From Utricularia gibba (lineage: Eukaryota; Plantae; Magnoliophyta), in assembly GCA_002189035.1 (NCBI GenBank), contig CM007990.1, forward strand, positions 3,844,001 through 3,908,000: a stretch of 64,000 nt of DNA, written 5' to 3'. The notes under the pieces are model-generated. The model did no database searches. It saw nothing but the letters and a program-made list of their open reading frames with translations, and was not told where the DNA came from. Positions 12,876-26,537 of the stretch are shown here, piece by piece. Position numbers and translations under genes: made by a program. The stretch's first letter is position 1. The number at the start of each line of letters is the position of its first letter.

Positions 12876-13814
12876 ACCTACAATTTGTAGTGGAGGAAAG
12901 AAAACAGCAAGAACAAAGGAACCCTAACCCGAGGATTTACAACAAGTAAACCGTAAAATTGACTCGAAATTTAACGAATTTCAACTGATAAACTCTACAC
13001 AACGAACGGAGTATGCAATCTGGAGTTAACCCATGGCTCTTTACCGTCAATTACTGGTGAAGTCAATGGAGATCTCGTCGCGGCAGCACCGCAATGTACC
13101 GAGCGTGAAATTCAATGGAGGAAGGGGAAACAAATTGTAATAAAAAAGAGTAATTATTGTTGGGGAAGGCTATATTAGTAATTTCATATAAAAATTCATC
13201 ACAAATCCAATTTTATACCCACATTCCAAATGTGGGTTAGTCTAAAACTCAAATAACTTAAACCCATCAACCAAACATGAATTACACCCTTTAAACCCAT
13301 AAAATTGGGTTATCTAAACCCAAATAAACTAAACTTGGGTTTAGGCCAAACCCAACAACCAAATGCGCCCATAGTGAATTGTTTCTCTTGAGTAGATGAT
13401 TCCTACATCCAAGAGGTTTTCCAGCTCTACAAGGTTTTACCTGGTAAATCAAGTTGCAGCACATACATACAACAAACATTGTTGTCTAAAGCTACGCAAC
13501 GCCATTGTGCATCTACATCAGATTCTTCCCTAAATCTTCTCGAGTGACATCAAACAACGTTATTCCATTTTTTTTTTTTTTTTGAATTGCAGGGTATTGT
13601 TTCGATAATGTTTAGTTAAATACAATATGCTGACTTCAATAAGGATTTAATTTATGAAGTGTTATTTGTACTAAACAACACACTCTAGGACTATATAATA
13701 AAAGATAGAAGTAACCAACTACATTGAGAAACATCATGCTTTTGATGAGCAATATTGACACACATAGACAAATGTGAGACGCAGATCCAGAAATACCATG
13801 CAAATACACAAATA

Positions 13815-15168
13815 TCACAAGGGGCTGTGCGAAATCCATCTCGTGAACATGGCGAAGCATTCCTTGGGCTTGTACCTCGGAGCTACGTGCCCCGCCGCCT
13901 ACAACATGTCAATGCGGAATGATGTTACTACTGCAAGACTGCTACAACACATATGAGAGACAGGTTAGGAGAACTTGCCAAAACGGTGGCGTAAGTCATC
14001 TTGTTCTCGAAACTTCTCATGTATCTGCATCATGTATTTTAATAAAACAACCAAACACTTGTCTCCATAAAACATCTGAAAGATTTACTCGCTGACATGT
14101 TCATCCACGAACCATGGCCTCCATTAGTCTACCACGGTAGATTTGAGGGACCTTATCCATGCCAGGGTCGACAATGTGGGCACATCAAGGTCAAAACTAC
14201 TACTGAAAGCACAAGCAATACAACAAAAGAGTTGATGGAGGCTGATTACTGGCTTCTTGTCAATAAAGTAAACCGCAAAACTTTGATTGTTGCCTGTAAA
14301 TGAGAGCGGTAGCCTCTGGAAGTCAGATTCTTGTGAAAGGGGATTATGCTCAGATATTCGGAAGTGCGGTTGCTACGATTGCATAGATACCATTTTTCTG
14401 TAGTTCCCTGCATCATCAACACACAATATTTTTTTCTGTTGTCGCTTTGCATCTGAACTAGAGCAAAAGGTGTTGTATTGTTTTACCTTAGTGACGTGAA
14501 GGGATTCTAGGGCACTGGGATCATTAGCCCATGGAATGCAAAATATGCAACTGTTAGGCTGAGAAATCAACACAGATTAATAAACACTAAGCAATGGAAA
14601 CACTAGACAGGTTGCAGATGTTACATGGTAATGAATCTCTGAGTGCTTTTCATTTCCGTACACCTGAATCATATCCCGCCTTCTCCCAGAAACCGACGGA
14701 CATGCTGGCTCGAAGGCATTGTATTTATTCAAGAGATCCACCAGCTGCTCTTCACAAGCAAAATTTGCATCAAACTCACAGAGGGAAAGGAGGAAATGGG
14801 CCTTTGATATCTTGCCTTGTGGAAAGTATCAACATCTTTAGAACACGGCTTGTTGCTCGCATGTGTCGAGTAATTCCCGTTGCAGTTTCGTTCCAAGGAC
14901 TGTAGCCAAAGGATAATTGACGTTGCCATTACATTTTAAATGAAGCAAAATTTCACTTTAACCTCGTAGAGATCAGGAGGAATGAGTCCCATTCCGTAAG
15001 CAGCCGGAACCCTGTAGTTTTCATGATCATGAGATGTGACTGGATTTCCCAAGATGTACCCCTGGTTCCAAAACGATGGATTCTTGAAAATATTTGAAGG
15101 TAACTAGAGATAAAAATCAGAGTGACAGACTTTAAGGTTAATCTAGGGCCTAATTCCGAGTTCATTCT
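13815..15168 (-). pseudogene. SCPL: SCPL paralog, exons 6-14 only, 5'-truncated pseudogene
   Basis: Exon-by-exon homologous to 2112-3495. Premature TAG (15145-15143) and TAA (14126-14124), plus a 2-nt deletion in YRSLIYS near 14303. Homology stops at ~15194 where a Gypsy LTR begins. Confidence 0.92.
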
Positions 15169-15195
15169 CTGTGTCACAAGATCAAGGCAAGAGTC

Positions 15196-16668
15196 TGATG
15201 TGGATCTCACACCATGGACCGAGCCCACCACTTACAAGAAGAAGAACAAGCCCAAGCCCAAATGCAAAATCTTAAATCGCATACCCTATTGCTGGGGAGA
15301 GGCTGGAATTGAACGAGTACTCAAAGCCTGGAGACTACCGGAGTGCCGCTTAGAGGCTGCTCTCTTCCCCATTTTCTCTCTTTTATTGCTACTCTTTTGA
15401 TGAGCACCTTGTGCTGAACTTTATTCTACTGCTACGTTCTTCATTTTGTGCAAACTGGGTCCTTTAACCTGTTCTCGATTTAAAGCCTTATCATCTTTGG
15501 CACTAGAGGAAGGGCCCTCATTTGGAAATCACACCATGCCCAATGTTTTTGAGGGTGATGACATTCCCGACAAGGAGACAGCCATTCGACTGGACAACCT
15601 GGAAGCAAGCTCCTCTGCTATGCGTGCTATGATGGCTGATGTATCTGCAAAGATTGAGATTCCTTTGGTGCAGCAATCGCAACAACCGTCGCGTGAACCT
15701 CCCTCTTTCGCTCATGCCCCTGCTGGAAGCACCATTCCCCCCTGGGCGAGTGTTTCCCCCAGCCAATTCCGTCATCCCAGACAAGATGGAACTCCCTAAT
15801 TTCGATGGAACATCTGACCCGATATCTTGGCTTAGCCGTTGTGAATTTGTTTTCCAGCTCCATGGGATTCCAGAGCACCGCAAAATGGCCTACATTCCTT
15901 GTCACCTGTCAGGAAAGACACAAGCCTGGTTTTTAATGCTTCTATGCCATAGTCCAGCCATCACTTGGACAGATTTTCGAAATGCCTGTGTGCAGCGTTA
16001 TTCAGACATGACGACTTCACCCGAGTTGAGGGACTTGTTACAAATTCAGAACTCATCTGGCGACTTGAACACATATAATCAATCCTTCGAGAAAATCGCG
16101 TCCATGATGAATTCTGTGAATGAACCTGATCTTGTGCAGATTTATATACATGGTCTATTAGAACCCTTGTGTCGAGAAGTGGGTCGCCTCAAACCCACCT
16201 CTCTCAATGAGGCAATGGCGATAGCTCGAAGGATCCGGCTCCAAACAAGGCCTGCTGAGAAGTTCAGTGAGAAATTGACAATAACAACGGGACGACCAGC
16301 TCCCATACCTGAACTACTTGCTAAGAGGAAAATGACTAGCAAGGAGGTCGCCGAGCGTCGCAGGCTCAACTTATGTTTCCATTGTGACGAATAGTACCGG
16401 TCAGGTCACCAATGTAAGCAGCTCTTTTATGTGGTTGTTTATGATGATGCACCTGAGAATCCCACTGTCAAAAATGAGGAGGTAGAGGGAGAGCATCTCC
16501 TATCTATGAATGCAGTGATTGGCCCCCAGAAAGGACCCGAGGAACCTGAGCAATTAGTCTTCGAAGGGAAAATTTCTGATCAACTAGTATATGTTCTGGT
16601 GGACACGGGCAGCACCAACAACTTTATTAAACGAGAGACCGCCATGGCTCTCGTGATTCCACGCTCAT
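15196..16668 (+). mobile_element. Truncated Ty3/Gypsy (chromovirus-like) element: LTR, gag, protease
   Basis: Putative LTR begins TGATGTGG at 15196, with a degenerate PBS-like TGGAAATCA near 15523. Gag MELPNFDGTSDPISWLSRCEFVF...W, zinc knuckle LCFHCDE*YRSGHQC (in-frame stop), aspartic protease VLVDTGSTNNFI. Ends before RT. Confidence 0.85.
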
Positions 16669-16699
16669 AACAACATATACATAGGAGTGAAGCAATTTT

Positions 16700-17100
16700 A
16701 GATGAGTTTCTCCCTGCTTAGTGAGGATAGAGGGATTCTTTCATCTTGTATTGCAAATAGATAGAGCACTTTTGCATATGATTAAAATGCAAATTAGGAA
16801 AACGTCTGCCACTATCTTCCTTTGAGATGTATGCAAGTGTATAAAAATTAACATGACCATATGTTTTATGCCATCTGATAGCATCTACTAATGGCCATGG
16901 CAAGGAATTAATTGCCCCTAGTTGATAGAATTTTCATGATCTCTACTCCCAACAAGTCAGATCTTGCAAGTTCCACCACCAAAGATTACAAAAAGTGTTT
17001 TTCATTTATTTTTTTCTTACAATGAGGGGGTTTACTTTGAGACCTAGAACTAAATAAACAATGTCAAAGACCTTTACAACTTATGGAGATTGGACCAAGA
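16700..17100 (-). mobile_element. Ty1/Copia pol remnant (GAG-pre-integrase region)
   Basis: RWHKTYGHVNFYTLAYISK...FPNLHF...C resembles the GAG-pre-integrase pattern WHxRLGHxNFxxLxxLSK...LPxLxF. An upstream LVLGLKVNPL resembles LVxGLKxNLLS. Confidence 0.5.
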
Positions 17101-19039
17101 CTGACCCTTTGGCAATAGCTTCGAATAATTGTTATGACCCTTTAAATCACTCTTCAAAATGGGTGGAGATAATAAAAAAAAAAAAAAAAGGTGCCGCGGA
17201 CCGACTTTTTCTGATGAATTAGGTAAAATGGAGTAAACCTTAATGGGCCGGGCCTTCCATTTTAAAGTCTAGCCCGTTCCCTCATAATTTGTTAACTTCT
17301 CCCTCAGGCCTTCCAAGCTTGTGGACATATCCCCAGGGAGGGTTGTCGCACACACAAGCAATCAACAAACAACATCGGATGATTAACCACTAACCACGTC
17401 TCTTGTATCAGATGCGTCAAGCGGATCAATGGCGCAAATCTACTTGTTTCGCGCTGAGGATGCAGTGAACTCAGCTATGAGATTCAGTGAAGGAGATTGA
17501 GTTCAGTAGCAGAGACACCCATTCTCAATCACCTCTAAAACTTAATTCATTTTTAGTTCAGCTCAACATTTTGTCATGCATTACTGTGTTTGCGCTTTTG
17601 TAGATGAACAGGATGTGATGGGCACCGAAGAAGTAGGAGAAGGTGGTTTTCGGGCACCAAAGTCGTGTCCGGGTGGCGGTACAACGGAGTTGATGGGCTC
17701 TAGTTCTACGGCCGGAGAATGAATGCTTGCATGGAAAGGATAGCAGTACAAGTAGTAGACTGCCGGGATATATCGAAGCTCACAAACCCTAATTTTAGAC
17801 TTATCATCTTGATTCTACTCATAAAAAAGGTCCTCCACTCAGTCTGGTTCCTGTGCAGGTCGACAAAACCACCCATTGCGAGTGCACATACTTGTGGTGA
17901 GGCCCCATCCACCACAGCCCTCGGGCCCAAGTCTAAGGCTGGCCTAATCTGTGCCACGTGTATGGATGGCTGACATGGTATGAATGACATCAGCATGACG
18001 CATGAAAAAATATATTTATGTTTCATAAAACTAAAGAAAATAAACTAAGTACGCGTTTGGTTGGATCGTTTACACTGGTTTTCATATGGGTTTAGCAATA
18101 AATCCACGTTAGTATGTGGGTTGCAAGTAGATAAACATAAATGCATCTACTGCTTATACATCCCGTTTGAAATTTATATTGATTAGTTTACATATACCAA
18201 AGGGTGCGGCGATCGATTTATGTAAATACATCTCACGTATTTCCATTTTTCCTCTTAACCCCAAAACAAATCTATAGCATATCTGCAAAACACAAGCATC
18301 ACGAAACGAAAATCGTGTCTTTTGATTGGGAGCTGGCGTCTGGGTTCTTGGTATGTTTTTTATTGATGTAGTTCGTGAGTTTTCTCTACCAGCATTATTG
18401 TGACATGAATTTTTTTTAAAGGTAAAGGGGCTTTTGTTTTAATATATTTTGAATTATTTATATTTAAATTAGTTGCATGATTCAATTAGTAAAATTTTGA
18501 ATCATTTACAATTAAATTAAGACGTGTTATATAGTTAAAGTCGAAAGTATTTGATATATAAAATTTATAAATATATATTTAATAAATATATTTAAAGTAA
18601 ATAAAAAATAAACTAAATCTCACTTAATTAAAAACAGCTCATTTAAAAGAATAGACTTCAAAATATGATCAATAAATGTTTACCAAAAACAATCTAATTT
18701 TTAATACATAAATGTTTGGAGAGATAAATAAGCATGTGCCTCCATAACATTAAATTAAGTGGGTAATGAATGATTGAGGCGGGTCTTAAATTAGGGATTT
18801 GACGTACAATTTAGGCGAGCATCCTTTTTCAAACTTGAATCATGATGTCCTCATACGCCGTCGTTTGACGTGCGACTGGAGTCGTCTTGATGAAAGCATC
18901 TACATGTCCAGGGGAATCCATGATTCTGTAAATAGTAATTTAATTGATGGAGGTTTTTATATATGAGGGATTCAGCAGCAGCCCTATTTTCAGTTCCTTT
19001 CCTGCATTTGCCGATCACCCATTCTCTTCTCTTTCTTCT

Positions 19040-19740
19040 ATGGGTGGCCACTTCAATCTGCCCCTGGATTCCGTTTCTACCCCACCGACGAGGAGCTCGT
19101 CGTCCACTTCCTCTACCGCAGAGCCGCCCTCCTCCCCTGCCACCCGGACCTCATCCCCGACCTCGCCCTCCGTCCCTGCGACCCCTGGGACCTCCACGGT
19201 ATCCGCCTCTGCTTCTATGTAAGAACTGACAGAGGTATTCTCTTCCTAAATGTTGTTATTATGGTGCAGGGAAGGCAATGCGCGAAGGGGACAAGTGGTA
19301 CTTCTACAGCCGGAGGACTCAGAGAAGGGTGACCGCCAGTGGGCAGTGGCTGGCCGATGGAGCGGACGAGGCCATTCATTCCAACGGCCAAAAGATCGGC
19401 CTGAAAAAGTTCCTGGCCTTCTACGTGGGAGGCGTGAAGACCAATTGGATAATGCACGAATTCGCACTCCTCCAGCCCGGTTCCCGGAACGCCAAACCGG
19501 TGAGTCTCTTGCATATCTTTGTCGAATGGCGAAATATTTATTACATTTGACTTTCTTTTTTTCATTTCGTTGTAGGATTGTAGCAAGTGGGTGATATGTA
19601 GAGTGTACGAGGACGGCGGCGGTTCGGACCGCGACGGGGGGCCGGAACTATCATGCCTGGATGAAGTTTTCTTGTCAATCGACGACGACGACGATCTCGG
19701 TGAGATCAGCTCCCAGGCATACAAGAGGAGGACTAAGTAG
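19040..19740 (+). CDS. XND1: NAC transcription factor XND1/ANAC104 orthologue; 3 exons; apparent 1-nt frameshift at codon 8-9
   Basis: Exons 19040-19198, 19270-19499, 19576-19740. With one C restored at 19061-19064 it reads [20 protein letters not shown]...CHPDLIPDL...DPWDL, then [24 protein letters not shown] and the XND1-specific [11 protein letters not shown]. Confidence 0.9.
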
Positions 19741-22700
19741 GACGAGTACCCACCTCCTTGTTTGCAAAAGATCCCGTGTTTGTATTTATGTTTTTTTTAA
19801 AAAAATAATGTGACGTAAATTTGGAAGGATTTAGAAGAAGATGGGTTGGGATCTTGTCACGATACCATATCCAATTTTTCGAGTCATTTATAAAAGTGAT
19901 CATCTACACACTAAATCAACAAATTTTAACTAGAGAATGATCAATTATTTCATACACATTATAAAAGATGCCTAGATTTCTAAAACCCCTAATTTCTCTT
20001 CGTTTCTAAAGTAGCTACAGTGATGTATTGAATCAATGAACAGAGCCTGCCACGTGCGAGTAAAGAGCAACTTAATTGTGGGGCTGTGTAGGGATGTGAT
20101 GTTTGCAATTTTTTCTGTGATGTTTAGTTCCTTGAACCGATCCTTCATTTATATAAAGTGATCGTTTATGGTTAAAAATTAGAACAAACAATATGGTATT
20201 GAAAAATTAAAGTAAAATGATAAAGTATATAAAAAATTACAAATCAATAGTAATCAATTAAATTTAATCTTTTCTAATGTAGCATATCTTTTTTATGTAC
20301 TTGTATTTTTGTAATCCATCACATTTGTAATTTCAACATTAGAAAATCAGTTTTGAATGCTTCATTCTAATGTACAAACTGTGTGTAACTAAAGCCTAGA
20401 AACGTGTGCTTGTGACTCTAAAACCATTTATTTTTCGTGAAGCTCATCATTTCAAGATGGTGATTATCATCAAATACTATCATACGCTATCTCCAACTTT
20501 TCATCAATGTTTTGGCCGCGGGGGCGATGCTGATCCGATGGGTCATAGCAATGGTGCCACAGGTTACGACAGTAGTTTGGTGGATCATGGGCATGGTTCG
20601 ATGATTTCTATTCCGGCAATGGTGTCCCAGGGGGTTCAGAGGTGGTTTTGATGGATTTTGACAATAGTTTGAATGAGTTCAAATGACTTGTAATGGTGGT
20701 CCCATGGGTTTCATAGGTGTTAAGAATCCGGATAGCGGTGGTGCATGTTACAGGGGGATGATGCTTGCTCTGTTTACGCAGTAAGATCGTTACAAAGATT
20801 TAGACCTACACTCTGTATATCGGTCCAGTGTATGTTCAATTGCCAAACGTAATTAATCTGGTTCATCTTAAACCATTTTATTTTTAATCAAATCCCATTG
20901 ATCAATAACTGATTCAGAATATTTCATTTTGACCAAAATAACATTGCAAATGAGATTGTTTTTAACCTTCGGATAATTTTGTAATGGTAAGGTTAACCAT
21001 ACAGGGAAAAGCCCGAGTACAATAGAACATTAGGTATCTAATAAGATAGTACTAATGTAGAAAAATACTAACGAGAAGTGTTCGAATAGTCATTCATAAT
21101 ATTCATTTTGAGTATGTAAAATTAATGACATGTATTGTTTGCAACTTTTTTTGTTTTTTTGTAAATGTATTGTGTGAAACAATATTTGTAAGTAAGTTTT
21201 TCTGAATTTACAATAAAATGATCTTTGATATCAAAAAATCATCATTATTATTTTTATCATCGTTTATGAGTAATAAAATAGATCTAAGACCTTGAAGAAG
21301 TTGAAGTAATTCCATGAAAGTTAAATCTTGTCTATTTTCAAAAAAAAAAAGAAGTAATTCATGAAAGTTAAATCTTAGAATTTCTCTTATAAGAGAATGA
21401 GATGTAGCTGTTGCCAATGGCCCATGGATTGTTTTTTAATTTTTTTTATTTTTTAAATATTATCTAATTATTACTTTTTAAATATATTTTTAATTTTTTT
21501 AAATTGATTTTGAAATGGTGTTTTTGAACTCATGGTTTGGTGGGTTAAAATTGGATGGGCCAGAACTATAGTTTCACATTATGTAAAATAATGAATCATT
21601 CCGAAATTGGATAAAAAATTATAATTTTGAACTGAAATTAAAACCGATATGTAGTTTGTTTCAAACCAATTGCAACTTTAGTTGAGTGTGCCCTCTGTCG
21701 TTTATGACTTTTATCGAGCACCTCCCGATATTTAGGTAAGCTCTAAGATACTTCCTTTTCGAACATTTGTGTTCTATGCCTTATCTTTGATTTCGTTATA
21801 ACTGCAACAAATGCAATAGCAAAGATATGAAATCCCAAGTAACAATAGAACATGGTTTTGTCTTAAAACTCTAATGTGTTTTCTTATCTAATATAGTCTA
21901 TGTTTATCCAAAGCTTTTCTATATTTTTTATTTTTAATTTTTTAATTATTTTAGATCATATTATACTTACGTCTATTATTTCATAAGGTAAATAAAATTA
22001 AGTCTATTTGATCTTACCTATTTTTATCCAAGAAAATTTATATATTAATCTACATTCTGATTTTTAGATGTACACCTAAGTCGAATATCCTAAATTAGGT
22101 GTATTTCCCTTTTACCTCTTGGATTTATCTTAGTTTTGTTGAGAATAAGGCAGACAAGTATCCATAGTTTCTAAACCTAAACAAAGCTAAAAAAAAAAAA
22201 AAAAACTCTTTTCTTATAAGAGGCACCACACTAAATTTAGCCACTCATAAGGAAAACAAATATTATAACTTCATAATTGAAAACATAAACAATTGCATAG
22301 ATATTGCCAAAAAAATAAGAATTCAGAAACAGTTAGTTTAAATTCAGAAAGTGCAATTAAAAGTTAATTCTATGCCAATGGATATTGTACCTAATTAGGA
22401 ACAATATTTGCATGAAGTCAAAGTGATGGTTCTTTGTCTACAAAATTGGCTTTTTTTAGTCATCTTCTTTGTTCTTCTCTCTCTAAAATTGCCCTTGATG
22501 GTTTGGTTCATGGGTTTTAGCATGTAGAATTGGGTTTGATTGATCCCAAGTGATTGTTGTTAATGCTTAAGACTAAACATTAAAAATATAAGATAGATCA
22601 CATTTTTTTGGTTCCTCAAATCTTGTCTACTTGCTTTTTACATATTTAAATATATAGATGTTAATTCTCACATTTATTTAAAAAAAAAACACTTTTTCAC

Positions 22701-25280
22701 ATTTTACAACTTCAGCACTTGAATCAGAACTCAGTGATAAAACTATGTAATATTGATCAAGGAAATAATTAAAACTTCATTTATGTTCTAACAAGAGGAG
22801 CATAACTCTCTGAAACTACTTTGACGACAAAAATAATGCGACGATGATGATGAGTTTTGTCGTGTACCTGTCGTGTGAGTGGCGCTTGGGAAAGCCTTGT
22901 GTCATTCGTGACGCAATAATATATTATTTATGTAAACATATTTTATTTTTCGTTCTTATTTATTTGCATTTAAAATATGAAAGAATATTGTAAACTAGTA
23001 CCTCATTCACTGCATTGTGACTGGGTTCTTAGGGTATGTTGCACACATTCTTCATTTTACAATCTGATTTTATTAAGAATGAGAATAAGAAAATTTATTA
23101 AGAGATTGTTTCCACATTATGTAAAATAGTATATTTTTTAAGAATAAAAATTTAAATTGTATGAATGAAAAATTAAAAATTATTTTTGTTCTATTTGCTT
23201 TTACATTCTCATTGTGTAAAATGAGAATGCAATAGAAAAGTTTATACAGAACAAGGCCTTCATATTTGAGTTTTTTTTTTGGTGAAACTAAAAAAAGACC
23301 CTCCTTGCACGAATCAAACAAGGCCATCCTTGGTAAAATGTTTGTTGGTCGAGCTCCTCCCGTTCTTTCCGTCTAATTACCTTCACATTGTGTCTACGGG
23401 CGATGTCTGAGGGTGGAGATCCATGGACAGAACAAAATGGAGCTTGTTTCTTTAGTGGTGTATCATCCCATCCATGGCATCCACCTTAAAAGGCAAACAA
23501 ACGCCTAGTGTATTTATAATATTATTTTATACTATATGATGGTGTTGGAATGTGTGACCATGTGTTTGATTGTGGAGTAAGGAAAGACCCCATACCCTTG
23601 GACCCTTCCTACCCCCATTCTGTTGTTTAGTTATCATGCACTACTATGTTTTAAGCGTGATATCAATCCTAAAAAATTAGGGAATCGAATTCATGTGCTT
23701 GGTTTTTGGAGCATCGAAGATATGGAAAGAACGCAGTTGATAAAGTAGGTTTGTTTCACGATTATCATCTTGTTTTTTGTCTTCTTTGTTTGATTCCAAA
23801 AGGAGATGCTATCAGTGAGTAATGAAATGTGAAGTACATTTTGGGTGATGAACTGAGGGAGTTGGAGATGCTGCTTTCAAGATCAAGAGAGTCATTAGGG
23901 TAGTATCTACTACTATCTAATGGAATAAACAACCTGGATTTGGCCCAAATATTTCAGTCAGTGGAAGCACACATGCCTGCAACAGGCCACTGAAAAAGCA
24001 GTGCGAATGGCTTCCGAATGTGGTGACAATGGCGGGCTGGAACGCTCTTTTCGTGTGTGCTCCAAGTTGGATCCTCCATTGATGGATGTTTCAGGAGCAG
24101 TTAGTGGGAATTATTTGCTACTTTTTTGCAGTGTGGAAGTTCTCTTGTAAGGAAAACAAGTCCTCCATTCATAAAAGTATGAACATGTCGAGTGGCTGAG
24201 GCGTCGGAAGAGTTGATGTTCGGATCCAGCTCCGGTTTTACTCAAAGGGGAATCTCCAGATGGCCCCATGTGCAGCAGCCCATCATGTCTACATGGAGCA
24301 AAGATGCTGATGTTTCAAGGCACAATGAGCATTTTCAACACTTGACCCCCAAAAAAAAACAAAGAGAATGGCGTTAGAGTTTGTGGGTTCCAAGCTGGCT
24401 CTCCCTTTCGCATAGCACCACTGTGTTCTCGTCTCAAGTTGTAGCTTGAAAGCTGGAGTTGGTAAAATGGCTCCAGAAACCATGATATTCAGCCCCATGT
24501 AAACCCAAAGGGCTAAAGGAAGCGCTCATCGAGGCCCGTCAAACTCGAGTGTTTTAAACGTCCGTGTTTAACTTATTGTTTGGCATTAAATAATCCATTT
24601 AATAGTCATGTTATATCAATAATATCGTTTTCCGAATTCTCCAAGATGTGAAAGTGCGAATTCAGGAAGGAGCCAAAGAATAGGTTCAGGTTTGGTATTG
24701 ACCCTATTGTGCCCAAAACAACAAGGGTGCTGCTACCTACAATCCTCCCTCTTTACTAACCCACTACCTGTTTCTTTGCCTGTGTGCCGAGCTTCACTTA
24801 TGAGTTCTAGTCTATCAATCTCAACCGAGCACAATTTTTCATGATCACATTTCTTGATATATCCTAAATTATACCTTTTGGTGGTCAATAGTTATGTAGA
24901 TGACAAGATCAGATCTATGAACTCCTAAATATGCACAATGTACGTTGGTCTTGATAGTCCCCAAATCGGATGTCTTTGATTTATTATTGATAAATGAAAA
25001 TTTCTATATTATCATAAAAATGAAAATTTCGTATTAAATAGGATTTATAATCTCTAATACACACAAATTATAAATCTAGAGAAAATACTTAGTGGTTTGG
25101 AAGTTGAATTTATAGAATTGGTACTCACATTGTTCTAAGTTCATGTATTTCTGAATTTGAAATTCAATAATAATTCTTAGCTAAAACTAGTGATCACTTA
25201 ATAGCAAACTACCAACTTCAAACATGGACGCTTCAAAGCTTTTAAAGGGTGTACTAGCTCAACTTTTGGTATTAAAACCC

Positions 25281-25718
25281 TAGAGCTGCGCATGGATACG
25301 GGTCGATCTGGATATTTGGTGGGTTGACCTATGATGGGTCTGACCCATTATCCGTAACCATCCAAAATGGGTATAGGATGGGTCAGAGGTGCACGGGTAC
25401 GGGTTGATTCGGTGGGTCAACGAGTTTGAACTGGTGTCCTCTTCCAGAAACCGTAAATGTACAATTGTAGTATCTCAATATTAAAGTGTTTTAATATTTC
25501 TTTTAGATACCTAAAATGTAATATTACAGTGCAAATGTGCAATTATAGTAACTAGACATTAAATAACTTTAATTTACTTTGTTTCGAGTCAACCCATGAC
25601 CCGGGACAGGTCGGTCTTTATGACCCCATTGACCCGTACCCACCAAGTCACAAAATCAACTTCCAACTCAGTTGGGTTCGACTTGTAACCCGCTGGGTCC
25701 GACCGGTGCCCAGCTTGA
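25281..25718. mobile_element. Degenerate hAT-type MITE
   Basis: Termini TAGAGCTGCGCA vs reverse complement TCAAGCTGGGCA. GACCC/GGGTC subterminal motifs on both sides of an AT-rich core. TSD only partly preserved. Confidence 0.5.
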
Positions 25719-26537
25719 TTTAAACCTCAAATGGTTTTCTAACCTTAAATGATCTTGGTTACTTGAATCATATTTATAATTTTTCGGATTTAATTTTTTA
25801 CGTTGATATACCACCTTATACTTAGATTTATCATTTCATGAATAAAATAAAGTTAGATTAACTCGATCCTATTGATTTCTATTCAAAAAGATATGTTTAC
25901 ATACTCACATCTTTATTTTTAATCTATTTCTAGTTGGGTTGCCTAACAAGTGTTTTTCCATTACTCTCTCTTGGATTTTATCCTGTAATTAATGACACAA
26001 AACTGCCTAACACAAGTTCCGTCACACTAACAAGACAACAAGTGTAAATAAAGTATTCAAGTACAAAGAATAACAGTAAAATGAATTCTATTACGACAAC
26101 ACTGTTCCTAATTAGGAGCAAAATTGTATTTGTAAATAAAACATCTATAATTGTCGATATTAAAGCATTAAATATGAAAGAGAATGAAGTATATATTTAT
26201 ATATTGTTGTTTGAAATATATATTTACAAAATTTCTTTTATCAGCATTTGTTGAAAATATTTGTAATATTGAAGTATACGATTTATTTTTGGATAAATAT
26301 AAATAATTCGAATGTTATTTACTAAACTATTCCAACCAACCCTACTATTTATTTGATATTATTATATATTTTTATTTTTTTACCCTTGCAAGATAAAAAA
26401 AAGTGTACGTACATTTTCCTGTCTATTAATATTAGAGACAAATGAAGAGCGAGTAGTGGCCGTGAACACTCCATAGAATTTTTTTGATTCTCTGATAAAA
26501 AGAACTCAGAGCGCGAAGGAAAATCACACCTTTGGAC

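Larger units (their letters stand above)
10500..13370. mobile_element. Non-autonomous PIF/Harbinger-derived element (left end not located)
   Basis: Right terminus ACCAAATGCGCCC (13358-13370) reads GGGCGCATTTGGT on the minus strand, a Harbinger-type TIR. Contains the Myb/SANT ORF. The GCAGCACCGC motif recurs at 10605, 11445, 11586 and 13083. No DDE transposase seen. Confidence 0.65.

Noticed and set aside
18047-18300. GTACGCGTTTGGTTG Harbinger-like left terminus
   Set aside because: No matching right TIR was found, and it lies on the wrong side to pair with the TIR at 13370.
20100-24560. Scattered MULE-, CACTA- and LINE RNase-H-like fragments and short ORFs
   Set aside because: No paired TIRs, TSDs or convincing protein motifs were found by eye. 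Probably decayed TEs; needs a repeat-library search.
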